Source: an uncultured Patescibacteria group bacterium
GTDB taxonomy: Bacteria > Patescibacteriota > Microgenomatia > UBA10105 > UBA927
Assembly (NCBI GenBank): GCA_937921305.1
Contig: CAKZSU010000006.1
Span: forward strand, 70,646-134,645
Length of the DNA stretch: 64,000 bases
Direction: 5' to 3'
Part shown: positions 61,275 through 64,000 of the stretch, piece by piece
Layout of the letters: every line of letters starts with the position of its first letter
Position numbering within the stretch: the stretch's first letter is position 1
The notes under the pieces: generated by a model
Told to the model about the DNA's origin: nothing
Databases searched by the model: none
What the model saw: the letters and a program-made list of their open reading frames with translations, nothing else
Program-made: the position numbers and the translations under genes

Positions 61275-62590
61275 TGAGTGGGAATTCGAATTGTGCATAT
61301 TGTCCCTTTTCTCTTCTGACTTTCCAATCGAATTTCTCCTTGAAAATCGTTTTCAATCACATGTCTCGCGATAAAGAGACCTAAACCGGAATGCTCGCGG
61401 GTATCGTTCCGCGTAAAAAATGCATCGAACACATATCGCATATCCTTCTTATCAATTCCTTTTCCATTATCAATAATTTTTATAATCACAAACTCCGCTT
61501 GTTTTTCGAGAGAAACATGGATGTGTTTATCCTTTTTCTTGCTTCCTTTATGCGAATGAATAGCATTCATAACAATATTACTGATCGCTTGATAGAACCG
61601 TGAAGAATTTCCATACACAATCATATCTTCTTGATTTATAAACGATAACGCAACATACTCTTTCTTCGCTATCGACGATAAAAAATCAAGAACACTTTGA
61701 ATCTCATCAACTAAAGAAAAATACTCTTTCGAGTATAATTTCGGATTATTCTTTCTCCAAGATGATAACAATCGATTAAGAGAAAGTATTCCTTGTTGAA
61801 TTCGTTGCGCAATCTTGTTCGATCCGAAAGAATCTTGGATATAAAATCTAATCAGCTCATCAATATTAATCTGAATTATAGTGACAATATTTGAAATGTC
61901 ATGAAGTATGCCAGAGGCAATTTTCCCGCAGTGAATAAAACGATACTCTTGTGTGAGAATACGAATCGTAGATCGTTTTATGTTCTTTATAATTCTCTCA
62001 TAGCGCCTCCGTTCTTTGAGACGTAAACAACGCAGTTCACGCACTGTACAAAAGACTTTTTGTATTTGAAAATAAATAATGACAAATAAAACAAAAATAA
62101 AAAGAATAGAAAAACCATAAAATAACGCATCAAACAAAGTTGAGGACAATATATCGATACAAAAATAGTCTCTATAAACACTCATAAAGAAAAATATACT
62201 CATCAATGATGAGGAGAAACCAATCAAAACAATGAATAATCGATTCGAGCTGACGAAACTGAGAAGCAAAGCAATATACCAAAAATATAATGGGTCTCGA
62301 AGAACACAATTGACAATCGCATACGAAAAGAAAGCATATGCGATATGGATATAGATAAGTATCTCTACGATTATTCGTTGATATCGATTGCCAAATAGAC
62401 GATGGACAACAAATAAAGATGTATTCATTAAAAGAGCAATGAGCAATATGTAAATAGAAGGAAAAATATCATGGATAAACAGTCTAAAGAGAAATAAATT
62501 CCACAAAATAAACGATCCGAGAAGAATAAAAGAAAAAAATAAGCGATGTTTATATAAGCAGAGTTCCACAATTACCACATCTATGGACAA
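61268..62590 (-). CDS. Membrane sensor histidine kinase
   Basis: Multiple TM helices; H-box 'ASGILHDISN', N-box 'NIVMNAI', 'DNGKGI', 'FFT', 'GLGL'. Confidence 0.85.
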   Translation of the reverse strand: MSIDVVIVELCLYKHRLFFSFILLGSFILWNLFLFRLFIHDIFPSIYILLIALLMNTSLFVVHRLFGNRYQRIIVEILIYIHIAYAFFSYAIVNCVLRDPLYFWYIALLLSFVSSNRLFIVLIGFSSSLMSIFFFMSVYRDYFCIDILSSTLFDALFYGFSILFIFVLFVIIYFQIQKVFCTVRELRCLRLKERRRYERIIKNIKRSTIRILTQEYRFIHCGKIASGILHDISNIVTIIQINIDELIRFYIQDSFGSNKIAQRIQQGILSLNRLLSSWRKNNPKLYSKEYFSLVDEIQSVLDFLSSIAKKEYVALSFINQEDMIVYGNSSRFYQAISNIVMNAIHSHKGSKKKDKHIHVSLEKQAEFVIIKIIDNGKGIDKKDMRYVFDAFFTRNDTREHSGLGLFIARHVIENDFQGEIRLESQKRKGTICTIRIPTHH

Positions 62591-63259
62591 TCACTCTGCT
62601 TCTATTTTATATCCATACCCGCGGACGGTCTTGATTAGTTTTTTCTTATACGATCGATCAATACGGTCTCGAAGATATTTTATGTGAACATCAACGATAT
62701 TTGTATCAAATTCTATTTCACTTTCCCACACATGTTCAATAATCATCGATCTGCTCACTGCAATACCAGCGTTTCTCATTAAATACTCAAGAACATCCAT
62801 GCCCTTTCTATTAAGTTGAATATACTTTCCTCCTCGAAAGACTTTTCTTCTTCCTACATCAAACATCAAGTCGTCAACAGAAAGAATCGAGGACTGGATC
62901 GTATATGACCTTCGAATAAGCGCTTCTATTCGAGCTTTTAATTCCTCTCTAGAGTATGGTTTCGTGACATAATCATCAACGCCGGTCCGAAGCGCTCGAA
63001 TTTTATTCTGCACATCGCTATTCGCGCTCAACATCAATATCGGACAGGTAATGTTTGTTTCTCGTATCTCTTTGACAACATCGAGTCCATTCTTATCCGG
63101 AAGATAGTAGTCAATAATAATGACATCATAAATATTCGCATATGCCAAAAATCCACCTTCCTCTCCAGAATATCCAACTTCGACAACGTAGGAATCTTTT
63201 AATAAATCTCGGATGGTTTCCACCGCATCTATTTCGTCCTCAATAAGAAGAATTTTCAT
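62591..63259 (-). CDS. OmpR/PhoB-family response regulator
   Basis: 'ILLIEDE', 'IIDYYLPD', 'DDYVTKPY', 'VDVHIKYLR', 'TVRGYGY'. Confidence 0.93.
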   Translation of the reverse strand: MKILLIEDEIDAVETIRDLLKDSYVVEVGYSGEEGGFLAYANIYDVIIIDYYLPDKNGLDVVKEIRETNITCPILMLSANSDVQNKIRALRTGVDDYVTKPYSREELKARIEALIRRSYTIQSSILSVDDLMFDVGRRKVFRGGKYIQLNRKGMDVLEYLMRNAGIAVSRSMIIEHVWESEIEFDTNIVDVHIKYLRDRIDRSYKKKLIKTVRGYGYKIEAE

Positions 63260-63340
63260 AGTAAAATAAGAAAAATATATTCATCGATTATGTCTTTGCT
63301 ACGAACAATAAGAGGAAAATATTAAAAGAAGATTAAAAAA

Positions 63341-64000
63341 TTATGAAGTATCAATAGTAAAGGATTTAATATAACGATCATATGAATTAGTCAACCACGC
63401 AATCCATTTGTCAAATCCTTCTCCTGTTTTTGCAGAAAGCGGCAGAATTCGAATATTCTCCTGCAATTGACGAATCCCTTTTTCAAAGTATTCTAATTCA
63501 AATGCTTCATGATCGAGATAATCACATTTATTTAACAACACAATATCCGCACCTTTAAACATACCTGGATACTTGCATGGTTTATCATCTCCTTCAGGAA
63601 CGCTAGCAATCACAATGTTTCTATGTGTTCCCAAATAAAAATTCGCAGGACAAATAAGATTACCGACATTTTCAACAATGATGATATCAATATCTTCTAA
63701 ATTAAGTTGCTTCAACGCTTGTTCCATCATGATGCTGTCTAAATGACACGATCCACCGGTATGCGCTAATACAACAGGAACACCTAGGTTCCGCACGCGC
63801 TCAACATCTAGTTCAATCACGTCTCCTTCAATCACCGCAATGTTATATATATTTTTAAATGATTCAATTGTTCGCAGAATAACGCTTGTTTTCCCCGCAC
63901 CAGGAGAAGCCATAATATTTACCGAAAATATTTTATGCGCGTCAAACACTTGTCGAATAGCGATACCTTTTTTCGTTAATTCATCAAGAATTGGCTGATT
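63341..64000 (-). CDS. hypB: Hydrogenase nickel incorporation GTPase HypB, 5' end beyond the window
   Basis: 'SPGAGKT', 'IEGD', 'CHLD', 'ENVGNLICPA', 'EGDDKP.KYP', 'NKCD'; frame stays open to position 64000. Confidence 0.9.
   Translation of the reverse strand, partial: NQPILDELTKKGIAIRQVFDAHKIFSVNIMASPGAGKTSVILRTIESFKNIYNIAVIEGDVIELDVERVRNLGVPVVLAHTGGSCHLDSIMMEQALKQLNLEDIDIIIVENVGNLICPANFYLGTHRNIVIASVPEGDDKPCKYPGMFKGADIVLLNKCDYLDHEAFELEYFEKGIRQLQENIRILPLSAKTGEGFDKWIAWLTNSYDRYIKSFTIDTS

Noticed and set aside
98-62181. Numerous short ORFs antisense to or nested within long genes (e.g. 476-883, 29561-30046, 33587-34006, 56382-56903)
   Set aside because: Shadow ORFs of well-supported genes with no motifs of their own

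Overview
Bacterial chromosomal window (standard code, mostly AT-rich) whose gene content and style suggest a Patescibacteria/CPR organism, probably Microgenomates-like. This is an inference from the minimal TsaB, compact RF2, Pro/Thr-rich surface proteins and pervasive SD-less starts. From left to right it holds: a surface-glycan cluster (GT2/GT4 genes, a flippase-GT4 fusion, two decayed AT-rich pseudogenes, a tandem GT2 and a small HTH gene); fur-vanZ-tsaE-tsaB; prfB-hyp-ftsE-ftsX-M23-surface protein; ruvCAB; dsbA; CIRCE-controlled hsp20; a decaying CsoR copper operon; secA; LOG-rdgB-serS; greA and lysS fused to an HD domain; tRNA-Glu; rsmG; lon; a SUF, ferredoxin and 2-oxoacid:ferredoxin oxidoreductase block; sua5; pseudogenised mutS and mutL; a Gld-type ABC transporter; a second gre gene; a two-component pair; and hypB, cut by the window edge. 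The most notable observations are a LysRS-HD fusion (possible Ap4A synthesis plus hydrolysis), a circularly permuted M23 peptidase downstream of ftsEX, loss of mismatch repair alongside accessory-gene decay, an unannotated 43-aa seven-Cys microprotein in the Fe-S operon, widespread leaderless-type promoters, a greA leader terminator, and a degenerate palindromic repeat cluster. No CRISPR array, rRNA or intact mobile element was seen. All calls come from reading motifs by eye; no database searches were run.
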